A stretch of DNA of 64,000 nt. Source: an uncultured delta proteobacterium. Its GTDB lineage: Bacteria; Myxococcota_A; Polyangia; Haliangiales; Haliangiaceae. Numbering within the stretch: position 1 is the first letter of the stretch; each line of letters begins with the position of its first letter. The DNA lies in assembly GCA_963848295.1 (NCBI GenBank), contig CAWKDB010000010.1:1088001-1152000 (forward strand), read 5' to 3'. Positions 11,867 to 21,388 of the stretch are shown here, piece after piece. The translations under genes and the position numbers were made by a program. The notes below the pieces were generated by a model. It was given only the letters and a program-made list of their open reading frames with translations. It had not been told where the DNA came from and searched no databases.

Positions 11867-13285
11867 ATGCCTGTCACCGACGCAACCGCCAGCTGGGTCG
11901 CCGACACATTTCGCGAGTCGATCGTGCCGACCCTCGTCGAGTACATCAAGATTCCGAACAAGTCCCCCATGTTCGATCCCGAGTGGCGCAAGACCGGCCA
12001 CATGGACAAGGCGGTCGAGCTATTCGCCGGCTGGGCGCGCAAGCACTTACCCGAAGGCGCCACGCTCGAGGTCGTTCGTCTCGGCGAGCGCACGCCGGTG
12101 ATCTTCATCGACGTGCCCGCGACCGGCGGCAAGCCGGGGGACACGGTGATGCTCTACGGCCACCTCGACAAGCAGCCCGAGATGAGCGGTTGGCGCGACG
12201 GTCTCGGCCCTTGGACGCCGGTGCTCGAAGGCGACAAGCTCTACGGGCGCGGCGGCGCCGACGATGGCTACGCGATCTTCGCGTCGCTGATGGCGCTCGG
12301 TGCGTTGCGCCGCGACCAGCGCCCGCACGCGCGTTGCGTCGTGTTGATCGAAGCGTGCGAGGAATCCGGCAGCTACGACCTACCGGCGTACATCGATCAC
12401 CTCGCGCCGCGCATCGGCGAGCTGTCGCTCGTGGTGTGCCTGGACTCCGGTTGCGCGAACTACGATCAGCTGTGGTCGACGACCTCGCTGCGCGGCCTCG
12501 TGATCGGCAACCTCGAGGTCTCGCTGCTGACCGAAGGCGTGCACTCGGGCGACGGCACCGGCGTGATCGCAGCGAGCGAGCGCGTCGTCCGCCAGCTGCT
12601 CGATCGGCTCGAGGATTCGCACACCGGTCAGATCAAGCTCGATGCTCTCGCGACGCAGATCCCGCGCCAGCGGATCGCCCAGGCTGAGCGGACCGCCGAG
12701 GTTCTCGGCGACGAAGTCTGGGACAAGTTCCCGCTCCAGCCCGGCGTGAAAGCCGTCGCGGCGAGTAACGTCGAGCTGATCCTCAATCGCACGTGGCGGC
12801 CCGGCCTCGCGATCACCGGCGCCGATGGCTGGCCGCCGATCGGCAACGCCGGCAACGTGTTGCGCCCGTCGACCCGATTGAAGCTCTCGATCCGCATCCC
12901 GCCGCGCGTCGATCCCAAGGCCGCGGCCGCTGCGGTCAAGCAAGCGCTCGAAAAAGATCCGCCCTATGGTGCGAAGGTCGCGTTCACCGACATCGGCTCG
13001 AACGCCGGCTGGGATGCCCCCGAGCTCGCGCCGTGGCTCGACCAAGCCCTCGACGCCGCCTCGCAAAAATACTTCGGCAAGCCGTCGATGTTCATGGGCG
13101 AAGGCGGCACGATCCCGTTCATGTACATGTTGGGAGAGAAATTCCCCAAAGCGCAGTTCTGCATCACCGGCGTCCTCGGCCCGGGCTCGAATGCGCACGG
13201 CCCCAACGAATTCCTGCACGTCCCGACCGCGCGCAAGCTCAGCCTCTGCGTCGCCGACGTCATAGCCGCGCACTCCCAGCACTAG
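11867..13285 (+). CDS. M20-family metallopeptidase (DapE/dipeptidase-like)
   Basis: YGHLDKQP, LYGRGGADDG, EESGS, GVHSG, NAHGPNE. Confidence 0.9.
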   Translation: MPVTDATASWVADTFRESIVPTLVEYIKIPNKSPMFDPEWRKTGHMDKAVELFAGWARKHLPEGATLEVVRLGERTPVIFIDVPATGGKPGDTVMLYGHLDKQPEMSGWRDGLGPWTPVLEGDKLYGRGGADDGYAIFASLMALGALRRDQRPHARCVVLIEACEESGSYDLPAYIDHLAPRIGELSLVVCLDSGCANYDQLWSTTSLRGLVIGNLEVSLLTEGVHSGDGTGVIAASERVVRQLLDRLEDSHTGQIKLDALATQIPRQRIAQAERTAEVLGDEVWDKFPLQPGVKAVAASNVELILNRTWRPGLAITGADGWPPIGNAGNVLRPSTRLKLSIRIPPRVDPKAAAAAVKQALEKDPPYGAKVAFTDIGSNAGWDAPELAPWLDQALDAASQKYFGKPSMFMGEGGTIPFMYMLGEKFPKAQFCITGVLGPGSNAHGPNEFLHVPTARKLSLCVADVIAAHSQH

Positions 13286-13309
13286 GGACGGTGTTCACTT
13301 TGACAACCG
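13285..13309 (+). repeat. Transposase-flanking repeat, left outer copy
   Basis: GGGACGGTGTTCACTTTGACAACCG. Confidence 0.9.
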
Positions 13310-13342
13310 GCGCCCCGTCCGAGCGCGAGCAAGAACGGATAC

Positions 13343-13374
13343 TTACCTGGGGACGGTGTTCACTTTGACAACCG
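13343..13374 (+). repeat. Transposase-flanking repeat, left inner copy (32 bp)
   Basis: TTACCTGGGGACGGTGTTCACTTTGACAACCG; 31/32 inverted match to 14311..14342. Confidence 0.92.
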
Positions 13375-13401
13375 CAGCCCGGCTCGGCCGATACGCGCCC
13401 C

Positions 13402-14325
13402 ATGCGCATCCCGCGGCAAATCGATCCCGGCACGACGTATCACGTCATCTCGCGTTTCATCGACGAGCGATTCCTGCTGCGCGACGACGAGGACCGTTGC
13501 CTCTACCTAGATCTCTTGGGGCCTGCGCTCGAACGCAGCGACTGGATGTGCCTCGCTCATGCGTTGATGAGTAACCATATCCATCTCGATCTGGTCGCCG
13601 GCGAGCAGGCGCTTGGCGACCTGCTCAAACGCGTGAACTCGCCGTTCGCGCGTTTGCTCAACGAGCGGCATCACGGACGCGGACCCGTGTTTGCGGAGCG
13701 AGCCGACGCTTGGAGTATTCGACCCGCGCACGAAGCGAAGCTCATCGCGTATATCCACAACAACCCCGTTCGCGCTCATGTCGTCGAACATGCGCGAGAC
13801 AGTACGTGGACAAGCCACCGCGCCTACGTCGGGCTCGCAGTGAGACCCAAGTGGCTTGCCATCGAGCAGGGCTTCGCACGGTGCGGAGTGCCCCCCTCGG
13901 AATTCGACGCTTGGGTCAACAGCACCGTCGAGGCGAACCGCGTCGAAGGCATCGCTGAGATCCAGCGTGCACTCCACCGGCGAGGCGCGCTCGAGCCTGC
14001 GACCCCGCTCGCAAACCCAACTTGCGTTCCCTTGGTTGCTCGGCTCCACGCTCGCGTTCGTCCCGACCCTCGCGAGGTGGTGGCCAGTGTCGCGGCCGCG
14101 CTCGGCGTCGAAGCAAGGCGATTCGGCGGTCGTGCAACCGATCGGGATCTCGTGTGGGCGCGGAGAGTGACGGTTCAGACCGGGCTTGCCGTTGGCCTCA
14201 CGAGGAGCGACATGGCAACCGCCCTCGGCTTGAGCCGTCAGGCAGCCGCTAAGCTCGCTGCCGTCGAGCTCCCGTCACACCTGCTGGCCGTCGTCGCCTA
14301 TGTCGCCTCTCGGTTGACAAAGTGA
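13402..14325 (+). mobile_element. REP-associated tyrosine transposase (RAYT, Y1_Tnp HUH family) with C-terminal helical/HTH extension
   Basis: YHVISR, LMSNHIHL (HUH), GPVF, YIHNNPVRA (catalytic Tyr), WTSHRAY; flanked by inverted repeats; codon usage looks less GC3-biased than neighbours. Confidence 0.88.
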
Positions 14326-14342
14326 ACACCGTCCCCAGGTAA
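14311..14342 (-). repeat. Transposase-flanking repeat, right inner copy (contains the transposase stop codon)
   Basis: CGGTTGACAAAGTGAACACCGTCCCCAGGTAA. Confidence 0.92.
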
Positions 14343-14374
14343 ACACCCAGAACCTCACGGGTCTATCCAGCGGT

Positions 14375-14401
14375 CCGGTTGACAAGTCGAACACCGTCCC
14401 C
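14375..14401 (-). repeat. Transposase-flanking repeat, right outer copy (degenerate)
   Basis: CCGGTTGACAAGTCGAACACCGTCCCC. Confidence 0.85.
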
Positions 14402-14407
14402 GATAGT
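14379..14407 (+). promoter_or_regulatory. Candidate sigma70 promoter of the sdh operon
   Basis: TTGACA, 17 bp, GATAGT; 10 nt before the ATG at 14418. Confidence 0.45.
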
Positions 14408-14417
14408 CCGCGGCGAA

Positions 14418-15245
14418 ATGGCCACGCACCTGCCTGTTATCGGGGGACATGCGGAGGGATTCGGCGCCACTGCTCGCACCGACGGCTGGTGGCAGGGGCC
14501 TGCACTGACGTTCTTCGTGTTCTCGACTTTCGTCGTGTACACGACGTGGGCGGCTCTCCAGGGCAACCACTACTTCAGCGATCCTTACCTCTCACCGTTT
14601 TATTCGCCGGTTCTGTTCAACGATCCGAGCGTCGTCGGGGCCGCCCCGCACAGCTGGTTCGGCGGCATTCCTAGCTTCATGCCGCACTGGATCCCGGGCT
14701 GGTTCTCGCCCGCGATCTACATCTTGGTCTTCCCGGGCGCGTTCCGCTTCACTTGTTACTATTACCGCAAGGCGTACTACCGGTCGTTCGCCGGATCGCC
14801 GCCCGGTTGCGCGGTCGGCCCGCTCGCGGCCAAGCGCAAGTATCGCGGCGAGACCGCGCTGCTGCTGTTCCAGAACCTGCACCGCTACGCGATGTACTTC
14901 GCGCTCGTGTTCATCGTCATCCTCGGCAAAGATGCGGTCGACGCGTTCTGCTACCACGGCCATTTCGGCGTCGGTGTCGGCAGCATCATCATGGTGATCA
15001 ACGTCGTGCTGATCGCGGCCTACACGTTCGGCTGTCACTCGTTCCGCCACATCATCGGCGGCCGCAAGGACTGCATGTCGAACTGCGGCAAATCGACGGC
15101 CGCGCTCGGCGCCTGGAAAAAAGCGAGCTGGTTCAACGGGCGCCACATGCAGTTCGCGTGGGCGAGCCTCGTGTGGGTCATGGTGACCGACGTCTACATC
15201 CGTCTCGTGTCGATGGGCGTGATCCACGATTTCCACACCTGGTAA
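14418..15245 (+). CDS. Succinate dehydrogenase membrane anchor, actinobacterial Sdh1 (Rv0249c-like) type
   Basis: YLSPFYSP, FRFTCYYYRKAYYR, FQNLHRY, YTFGCHSFRH; first gene of the sdh operon. Confidence 0.85.
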   Translation: MATHLPVIGGHAEGFGATARTDGWWQGPALTFFVFSTFVVYTTWAALQGNHYFSDPYLSPFYSPVLFNDPSVVGAAPHSWFGGIPSFMPHWIPGWFSPAIYILVFPGAFRFTCYYYRKAYYRSFAGSPPGCAVGPLAAKRKYRGETALLLFQNLHRYAMYFALVFIVILGKDAVDAFCYHGHFGVGVGSIIMVINVVLIAAYTFGCHSFRHIIGGRKDCMSNCGKSTAALGAWKKASWFNGRHMQFAWASLVWVMVTDVYIRLVSMGVIHDFHTW

Positions 15246-15257
15246 GCGAGCATCACC

Positions 15258-17102
15258 ATGGCCCTCGACGCATCCGAAATTCAAACCATCGACCACGACG
15301 TCCTCGTGATCGGCGCCGGCGGTGCCGGCTTGCGCGCCGCGATCGAATGCAGCGCCCAGAAGCTATCGACCGGCGTGATCTCGAAGTCCCTGCTCGGCAA
15401 GGCCCACACGGTCATGGCCGAAGGCGGGATGGCCGCGGCGATGGGCAACGTGGATCCGCGCGACAACTGGAAGGTCCACTTCCGCGACACGATGCGCGGC
15501 GGCAAGTTCCTCAACGTCTGGCGCATGGCCGAGCTCCACGCGAAGCAGGCGCCCGAGCGCGTTCGCGAGCTCGAAGAGTGGGGCGCGGTCTTCGATCGCA
15601 CGAAAGAAGGCCTGATCTCCCAGCGCAACTTCGGCGGCCACCGCTATCCGCGGCTCGCGCACGTCGGGGATCGCACCGGGCTCGAGCTGATTCGCTCGCT
15701 GCAGGATCACGGCATCCATCAGGGCATCGACTTCCACATGGAGTGCACCGCGCTCGAGCTGCTCAAGGACGGCGATCGGATCGCCGGCGTGCTCGCGTAC
15801 TGGCGCGAGACCGGGCGGTTCGTCGTGTTCCGGTGCAAGGCCGCGATCCTCGCGACCGGCGGCGGCGGCAAGGCGTGGAAGATCACGTCGAACTCGTGGG
15901 AGTACACCGGCGACGGCATCGCGATGGCGTACGAAGCCGGCGCCGAGCTGATGGACATGGAGTTCACGCAATTCCATCCCACCGGCATGGTGTGGCCGCC
16001 CTCGGTGCGCGGCACGCTCGTCACCGAAGGCGTGCGCGGCGATGGCGGCATCCTCAAGAACAGCGAAGGCAAGCGGTTCATGTTCGGCTACATCCCCGCG
16101 AAGTTCGCGGCGGAGACCGCGGATACCGTCGAAGAAGCGACGCGCTGGCTCGAAGGCGACAAGAACGCGCGCCGGCCGCCCGAGCTGCTCACGCGCGACG
16201 AGGTCGCTCGCTCGATCAACGCCGAGGTCAAAGCCGGCCGCGGCTCGCCGCACGGTGGCGTGTTCCTCGACATCGCCTCCCGCCGCCCCGCCGAGTTCAT
16301 CAAGCGCAAGCTGCCGTCGATGTATCACCAGTTCAAAGAGCTGGCCGAGGTCGACATCACGGCCGAGCCGATGGAGGTCGGTCCGACCCTGCACTACTTC
16401 ATGGGCGGCGTCCGCGTCGATGCCGACTCGCAGATGACGACCGTCCCGGGCCTGTTCGCGGTCGGCGAGTGCGGCGCGGGCCTGCACGGCGCGAACCGGC
16501 TCGGCGGTAACTCGTTGTCGGACTTGGTCGTGTTCGGCAAGCTCGCCGGCTCGGGCGCCGCGGACTACATCCGCGGTCTATCCTCGACCCCGAAAGCCGA
16601 AGACGATCAGATCGTCGGCGGCATTCGCCGCGCGACCGACGTGCTGAAGCGCGACTCCGGCACGAACCCGTACGTGCTGCACGACAAGCTGCAAGACACG
16701 ATGCAGGCGAACGTCGGGATCGTTCGCGAGAAGAAAGAGCTCGAGCAAGCGCTCGAGGATCTCGAGGGCTTGAAGAAGGACGCCGAGACGATGAAGGCGC
16801 CGGGCTCGAGCCAGTACAACCCGGGCTGGCACGAAGCCCTGTCGATGAAGTCGCTGCTGATCACGTCCGAGGTCGTCGCGCGCGCCGCGCTGCTCCGCGA
16901 AGAGAGCCGCGGCGCTCATACCCGCAACGACTTCCCCGGCGAGTCCGAGGACTGGATGCAGTACAACGTGATCGTCAAGAAGGGCGCGAACGGCATGGAG
17001 GTCGAGAAGCGCAAGCGCCCCGAGCCACCGCCGAAGCTCAAGGAGATCGCGCACGCCAAGATCGAGGATCTCGAGTCCGGCAAGGTCGGAGGCGACGCGT
17101 AA
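15258..17102 (+). CDS. sdhA: Succinate dehydrogenase/fumarate reductase flavoprotein subunit
   Basis: GAGGAG, AHTVMAEGG, QFHPT, HYFMGG, LHGANRLGGNSL, ESRGAH. Confidence 0.95.
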   Translation: MALDASEIQTIDHDVLVIGAGGAGLRAAIECSAQKLSTGVISKSLLGKAHTVMAEGGMAAAMGNVDPRDNWKVHFRDTMRGGKFLNVWRMAELHAKQAPERVRELEEWGAVFDRTKEGLISQRNFGGHRYPRLAHVGDRTGLELIRSLQDHGIHQGIDFHMECTALELLKDGDRIAGVLAYWRETGRFVVFRCKAAILATGGGGKAWKITSNSWEYTGDGIAMAYEAGAELMDMEFTQFHPTGMVWPPSVRGTLVTEGVRGDGGILKNSEGKRFMFGYIPAKFAAETADTVEEATRWLEGDKNARRPPELLTRDEVARSINAEVKAGRGSPHGGVFLDIASRRPAEFIKRKLPSMYHQFKELAEVDITAEPMEVGPTLHYFMGGVRVDADSQMTTVPGLFAVGECGAGLHGANRLGGNSLSDLVVFGKLAGSGAADYIRGLSSTPKAEDDQIVGGIRRATDVLKRDSGTNPYVLHDKLQDTMQANVGIVREKKELEQALEDLEGLKKDAETMKAPGSSQYNPGWHEALSMKSLLITSEVVARAALLREESRGAHTRNDFPGESEDWMQYNVIVKKGANGMEVEKRKRPEPPPKLKEIAHAKIEDLESGKVGGDA

Positions 17103-17860
17103 TGGCGACCCGAACCTTCAAGGTCTGGCGCGGGGACAAAGACGGCGGCGAGCTCGAGACGTTCGAGACCGAGGTCGGCACCGGCATGGTCGTGCTCGAC
17201 GTGCTGCACCGGATCCAGGCCGAACAGGCCAACGATCTCGCGCTGCGCTGGAACTGCAAGGCCGGCAAGTGCGGCAGCTGCTCGATGGAGATCAACGGCA
17301 AGCCGAAGCTGTCGTGCATGACCCGGATGAACACGTTCGACCCCGAAGAGACCATCACGGTGCAGCCGTTGAAGACGTTTCCGGTGATCAAGGACCTCGT
17401 CACCGACGTGTCCTGGAACTACCGGCAGAACAAGAGGATCCGGCCGTTCAAGCCCAAAGCCAAGGGCGCCGACGGCACGCATCGGATGTACCAAGAAGAC
17501 GTCGACCGCGTGCAGGAGTTCCGCAAGTGCATCGAGTGCTACTTGTGCCAGGACACCTGCCACGTGCTGCGCGATCGCGACGGCACCGAGGGCGACAAGT
17601 TCGTCGGCCCGCGGTTCATGATCCGGCTCGCGAGCCTCGAGATGCATCCGCTCGACGACGACGACCGCATCCCCGAGGTCAAGAAAGAGTTCGGCTCGGG
17701 CATGTGCAACATCACGCGGTGCTGCACCGAGGTCTGCCCCGAGCACATCGGGATCACCGACAACGGCATCATCCCGTTGAAGGAGCGCGTCGTCGATCGC
17801 TACTACGATCCGGTCGCGATCATCGGCCGCAAGCTGTTCGGAATTCGCAAGCGGACATGA
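17102..17860 (+). CDS. sdhB: Succinate dehydrogenase/fumarate reductase iron-sulfur subunit
   Basis: CKAGKCGSC, CIECYLCQDTC, CNITRCCTEVCP. Confidence 0.95.
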   Translation: MATRTFKVWRGDKDGGELETFETEVGTGMVVLDVLHRIQAEQANDLALRWNCKAGKCGSCSMEINGKPKLSCMTRMNTFDPEETITVQPLKTFPVIKDLVTDVSWNYRQNKRIRPFKPKAKGADGTHRMYQEDVDRVQEFRKCIECYLCQDTCHVLRDRDGTEGDKFVGPRFMIRLASLEMHPLDDDDRIPEVKKEFGSGMCNITRCCTEVCPEHIGITDNGIIPLKERVVDRYYDPVAIIGRKLFGIRKRT

Positions 17861-18357
17861 CCGCGTTCACGCTCAAGAAGATCGAGGCCAGCGGCATCGC
17901 GCACGCGCTCGAGAAAGCCGAGCGCTACCGGCTGCTCAACGATCCGGCGCAGGCCGAGAGCATCTGCCGCGACGTCCTCGACGTCGAGCCCGCGCACCAG
18001 GACGCGCTGCGCTACCTGATCCTGGCGCTCACCGATCAGTTTCATTCGCCGAGCGGCGGCTCCGGAACCGGCCGCGAGGCCCGCAGCTACATCGCCCAGC
18101 TCACCGACGAGTACGAGCGCACCTACTACACCGGCATCGCGTTCGAGCGCGAGACCCGCGCGTACCTCGAACGCAAGAACGTGATCCGCTCCGCCGCGTA
18201 TGACGGTTTTCGCCACGCGATGGAGTGGTACGAGCGCGCCGAGCAACTACGCCCGCACGACACCGACGCGCGGTTGCGCTGGAACAGCTGCGTGCGCGCG
18301 ATCGAGCGCGAGAAGCTCGAGCCCGAGGTCCGCGGCCACGAGCTGCCGCTCGAATAG
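17857..18357 (+). CDS. Helical (TPR-like) hypothetical protein coupled to sdhB
   Basis: ATGA overlap with the sdhB stop; ALEKAERYRLLNDPAQAESICRDVL...LRWNSC. Confidence 0.75.
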   Translation: MTAFTLKKIEASGIAHALEKAERYRLLNDPAQAESICRDVLDVEPAHQDALRYLILALTDQFHSPSGGSGTGREARSYIAQLTDEYERTYYTGIAFERETRAYLERKNVIRSAAYDGFRHAMEWYERAEQLRPHDTDARLRWNSCVRAIEREKLEPEVRGHELPLE

Positions 18358-18366
18358 ACAGCAGCT

Positions 18367-19161
18367 ATGCCCGATCGTCGCGCCGCAACGGCGAGCGATG
18401 CGATACTCGCGCCCGTGCGCTGGCTAGTCGCGATGTCGTGCGTCGTTGGGTGCTATGCGACCGATCCGCCGCCGGGCGCGGACTGCGCGGCGAACAACGC
18501 CTGCCCGACGCCGCTCGCCTGCTCGCTGGTGACGAATACGTGCGAGGTGCATCCGATCAACGTCGTCCAGCAGATCACCGCGTATTCGCCCGGCGCGGGC
18601 ACGCTGTCGGCGACGTTGCCGCAGGCCCCCGCGGCCGGCGACGTCCTCGTGATGATCGGCGGCAACCCGCACAACACGCTCGCCGCTGTCACCGGCGCCG
18701 GGGTCGCGTGGCAGCGCGCCGCGAGGTCGACCGACAACGCGAACATCGAGCTGTGGTACGGCACGACCGACGGCTCGGACGCCACCGTGACGATCGCGCT
18801 TCCCGGCGCGACGTTACCGATGTCGCTCGAGGTCGTCGAGTGGACCGGGCTCGCGTCACCCGCCGTGCTCGAGGCCGGGACCGGTGTCTCGGGGCTGTCG
18901 AGCCCGGCGAGTGCGGGGACGCTCGCGACGACCGCGCCCGATCTGATCCTGTTCGCCGTCGGCGACGATACCCCGAACACGTTCGGGACCCCGTCGCCCG
19001 GTGCGTGGATCGCGCTCGACAGCATCCTCGAGTCCGGTCACCAGCAGGCCGCGTGGTTCGTCGTCGCGGAGCCCCCCGAGACGGTCGCTCCGGCGGTCAG
19101 TGAAACCGCGAACAGCTGGGACGCCGTGGTCGTCGCTCTCGAGCTCGGGCCGAACGACTAA
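18367..19161 (+). CDS. Hypothetical lipoprotein (Cys-rich N-terminus, beta-rich body)
   Basis: VVGCY lipobox-like motif, CAANNACPTPLACS; start uncertain. Confidence 0.6.
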   Translation: MPDRRAATASDAILAPVRWLVAMSCVVGCYATDPPPGADCAANNACPTPLACSLVTNTCEVHPINVVQQITAYSPGAGTLSATLPQAPAAGDVLVMIGGNPHNTLAAVTGAGVAWQRAARSTDNANIELWYGTTDGSDATVTIALPGATLPMSLEVVEWTGLASPAVLEAGTGVSGLSSPASAGTLATTAPDLILFAVGDDTPNTFGTPSPGAWIALDSILESGHQQAAWFVVAEPPETVAPAVSETANSWDAVVVALELGPND

Positions 19162-19202
19162 CGGTTACTGGACGCCGTAACCGGCGTACGTCGTTCCCGT
19201 CG

Positions 19203-20201
19203 TCACGCGCACGTCGTCGCTCGGTGTGGCATCCAATCGGTCGGATCGCTGTGGGGTGCCGTGCCCGACGACGCATGGATCGCTTGGTAGTTGTTGTCCT
19301 GGTAGCGGCCGAGGCCGTTATCGAACCAATGCAAGCCGCCCGAGATGAAGGTGTTGTGATGGACGTGCGAGTTGTCGCCGAGATCCTGGATCTGGAGCGC
19401 CTCGTTGCCGGTGCGCAAGATCCGGTTGTTGTAGATCTGCAGGCCGGCGAGCTTGTTCGCGGGCGGATCGCCGGTCGAGCCGAAGTAGTAGCCCTCGGCG
19501 CCGGTGTCGTGGACGTACGTGTCGTTGATCGTGACGTTCGCGATCGGCTCGTCCATCGTCGGATCGTTGAGCAGCCGGATGCCGGCGAACCCCGAGCGCT
19601 CGACCTCGACGTACTCGATCTCGAAGTCATGCGCGTCGGCGACCGCGAGGCCCATATGCAAGTACGGCGCGGCGAACGCAAAGTCGTCGTCGCTCATGAT
19701 GCCGTAGTGGCCCGGAGAGTCGGCGTAGTGGCCGCACGCGTGACCGGGAAATGCGACGTCGCCGGTCATCGATACCGGATCATAGCGGCCGGTGAGGATC
19801 CAGTTCGAGCCGCCGCTGAACGACCACAGGTAATTGCCGTTCGGGTTGTTGCCGACGAAGAACTGGCCGCCGAGGTTCGTGATCACGAGCGGACGGTCGG
19901 CGGTGCGATCGGGCAGGTTGCCGAGCAAGATGTTCGTGTACTGGCCGGCAGGCAGATACAGCCGGTCGAGCATCGACCAATCGACCTGCGGAAACGCGGC
20001 TTGAACATCGTCGTACGAGATGCTCGGACCGGTGCTCGGCAGCGTGAACGTCGTCGTCGGCACGCCGAAGTGGCCAGGCGGATCGCACGACGACACGATC
20101 GCATCCGGGATGACACCGTCGGGCCCCCCGCCACCGTCGCCGGCGCGATGGGAGTGGCCGCCGCACGCGACCAGCGCGAGCATCGTCCATCGTGCAAGCA
20201 C
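19203..20201 (-). CDS. Lipoprotein with parallel beta-helix repeats, possibly C-terminally truncated
   Basis: LVACGG lipobox; repeats IEYVEV, INDTYVHDT, IYNNRI, VHHNTF. Confidence 0.6.
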   Translation of the reverse strand: MLARWTMLALVACGGHSHRAGDGGGGPDGVIPDAIVSSCDPPGHFGVPTTTFTLPSTGPSISYDDVQAAFPQVDWSMLDRLYLPAGQYTNILLGNLPDRTADRPLVITNLGGQFFVGNNPNGNYLWSFSGGSNWILTGRYDPVSMTGDVAFPGHACGHYADSPGHYGIMSDDDFAFAAPYLHMGLAVADAHDFEIEYVEVERSGFAGIRLLNDPTMDEPIANVTINDTYVHDTGAEGYYFGSTGDPPANKLAGLQIYNNRILRTGNEALQIQDLGDNSHVHHNTFISGGLHWFDNGLGRYQDNNYQAIHASSGTAPHSDPTDWMPHRATTCA

Positions 20202-20239
20202 GCCTCCACGCTAACACGCACGGTGTTACGCTCCGCGCG

Positions 20240-21388
20240 ATGTCGATGGCGCCGAAGTCCGTCTACCAGCTCGTGTCGTTGCCGGGAGATGGAATCGGGG
20301 TCGAGGTTGTCGAACAAGCGCGCGCACTTCTCGAGGTCGTCGCCCCGGCGATCGGCGTTCAGTTTGCGATCGACGAGATTCCGTGTGGCGGAAAATATTT
20401 CCTCGACCACGGCCGCGACTGGCCCGAAGGCTCGGAGGACAAGTGCCGCGCCGCCGATGCGATCCTGCTCGGCGCGGTCGGCTACCCGGGCCCCGGCGGC
20501 AAGCCGGTGACGATGCCGAACGGCCAGATGGCCGGCTGGTCGCCGGTGATCGGCAACCGGATCAAGCTCGAGCTCTACGCGAACATCCGCCCGGTGCGTT
20601 GCCTACCAGGCACGAAGCACTCGATCTCGGGCTCGTTCTCGACCGTATGGAAGCCCGAGCACGTCGACATGGTGATCGTGCGCGAAGGGACCGAGGGCTT
20701 GTACTCCGGGATCGGCGAGCGCACCGCGGACCGCGCGACCGATCTGCGCGTGATCACGCGGCTCGCGTCGGAGCGCGTGATCGCCAAGGCGTTCGAGCTG
20801 TCGCGCGAGCGCGGCACCGGCGCGCCTGCGGACGGCAAGCAGCGCGTCACCTGCATCGCGAAGCACAACGTGCTCGAAGGCTGCCGGCTGTTCGTCGAAG
20901 TGTTCAACGAGGTCGCGAAGCGCTATCCCGAGATCGAGCCGGACATCGCGATCGTCGATTCGTTCGCGATGTTCGTGTTGACCCAGCCCGAGCGCTACGA
21001 CGTGTGCGTGACGACGAACATGTTCGGCGACATCGTCACCGATCTCGCGAGCGTGTTGCAGGGTGGCATGGGCATGGCGGTCGGTTGCAACGTCGGCGAC
21101 GATCACGCGATGTTCGAGCCGATCCACGGCTCGGCGCCGCCGCTCGCCGGCAAAGATCGGGCGAACCCGATCGCGATGATGCTCGCAACCGGCGAAGCGC
21201 TCGCGTGGCTCGGCCGGCGTCACCGCGACGATCGCCTGCTGCGCGGCCATCGCGCGATCGAGACCGCGGTCGCCGACGTCGTCGCGCGCGGCACCACGCT
21301 CACCGCCGATCTCGGCGGCACCGCCGGGACGAACGCGGTCGCGCAGGCGATTCGCGACGGCGTGCGCAGCCGGCTAACGCAGGCGTAG
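20240..21388 (+). CDS. Isocitrate/isopropylmalate/tartrate dehydrogenase family protein
   Basis: LPGDGIGVEV, LYANIRP, NMFGDIVTD, MFEPIHGSAP, ANPIA. Confidence 0.9.
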   Translation: MSMAPKSVYQLVSLPGDGIGVEVVEQARALLEVVAPAIGVQFAIDEIPCGGKYFLDHGRDWPEGSEDKCRAADAILLGAVGYPGPGGKPVTMPNGQMAGWSPVIGNRIKLELYANIRPVRCLPGTKHSISGSFSTVWKPEHVDMVIVREGTEGLYSGIGERTADRATDLRVITRLASERVIAKAFELSRERGTGAPADGKQRVTCIAKHNVLEGCRLFVEVFNEVAKRYPEIEPDIAIVDSFAMFVLTQPERYDVCVTTNMFGDIVTDLASVLQGGMGMAVGCNVGDDHAMFEPIHGSAPPLAGKDRANPIAMMLATGEALAWLGRRHRDDRLLRGHRAIETAVADVVARGTTLTADLGGTAGTNAVAQAIRDGVRSRLTQA

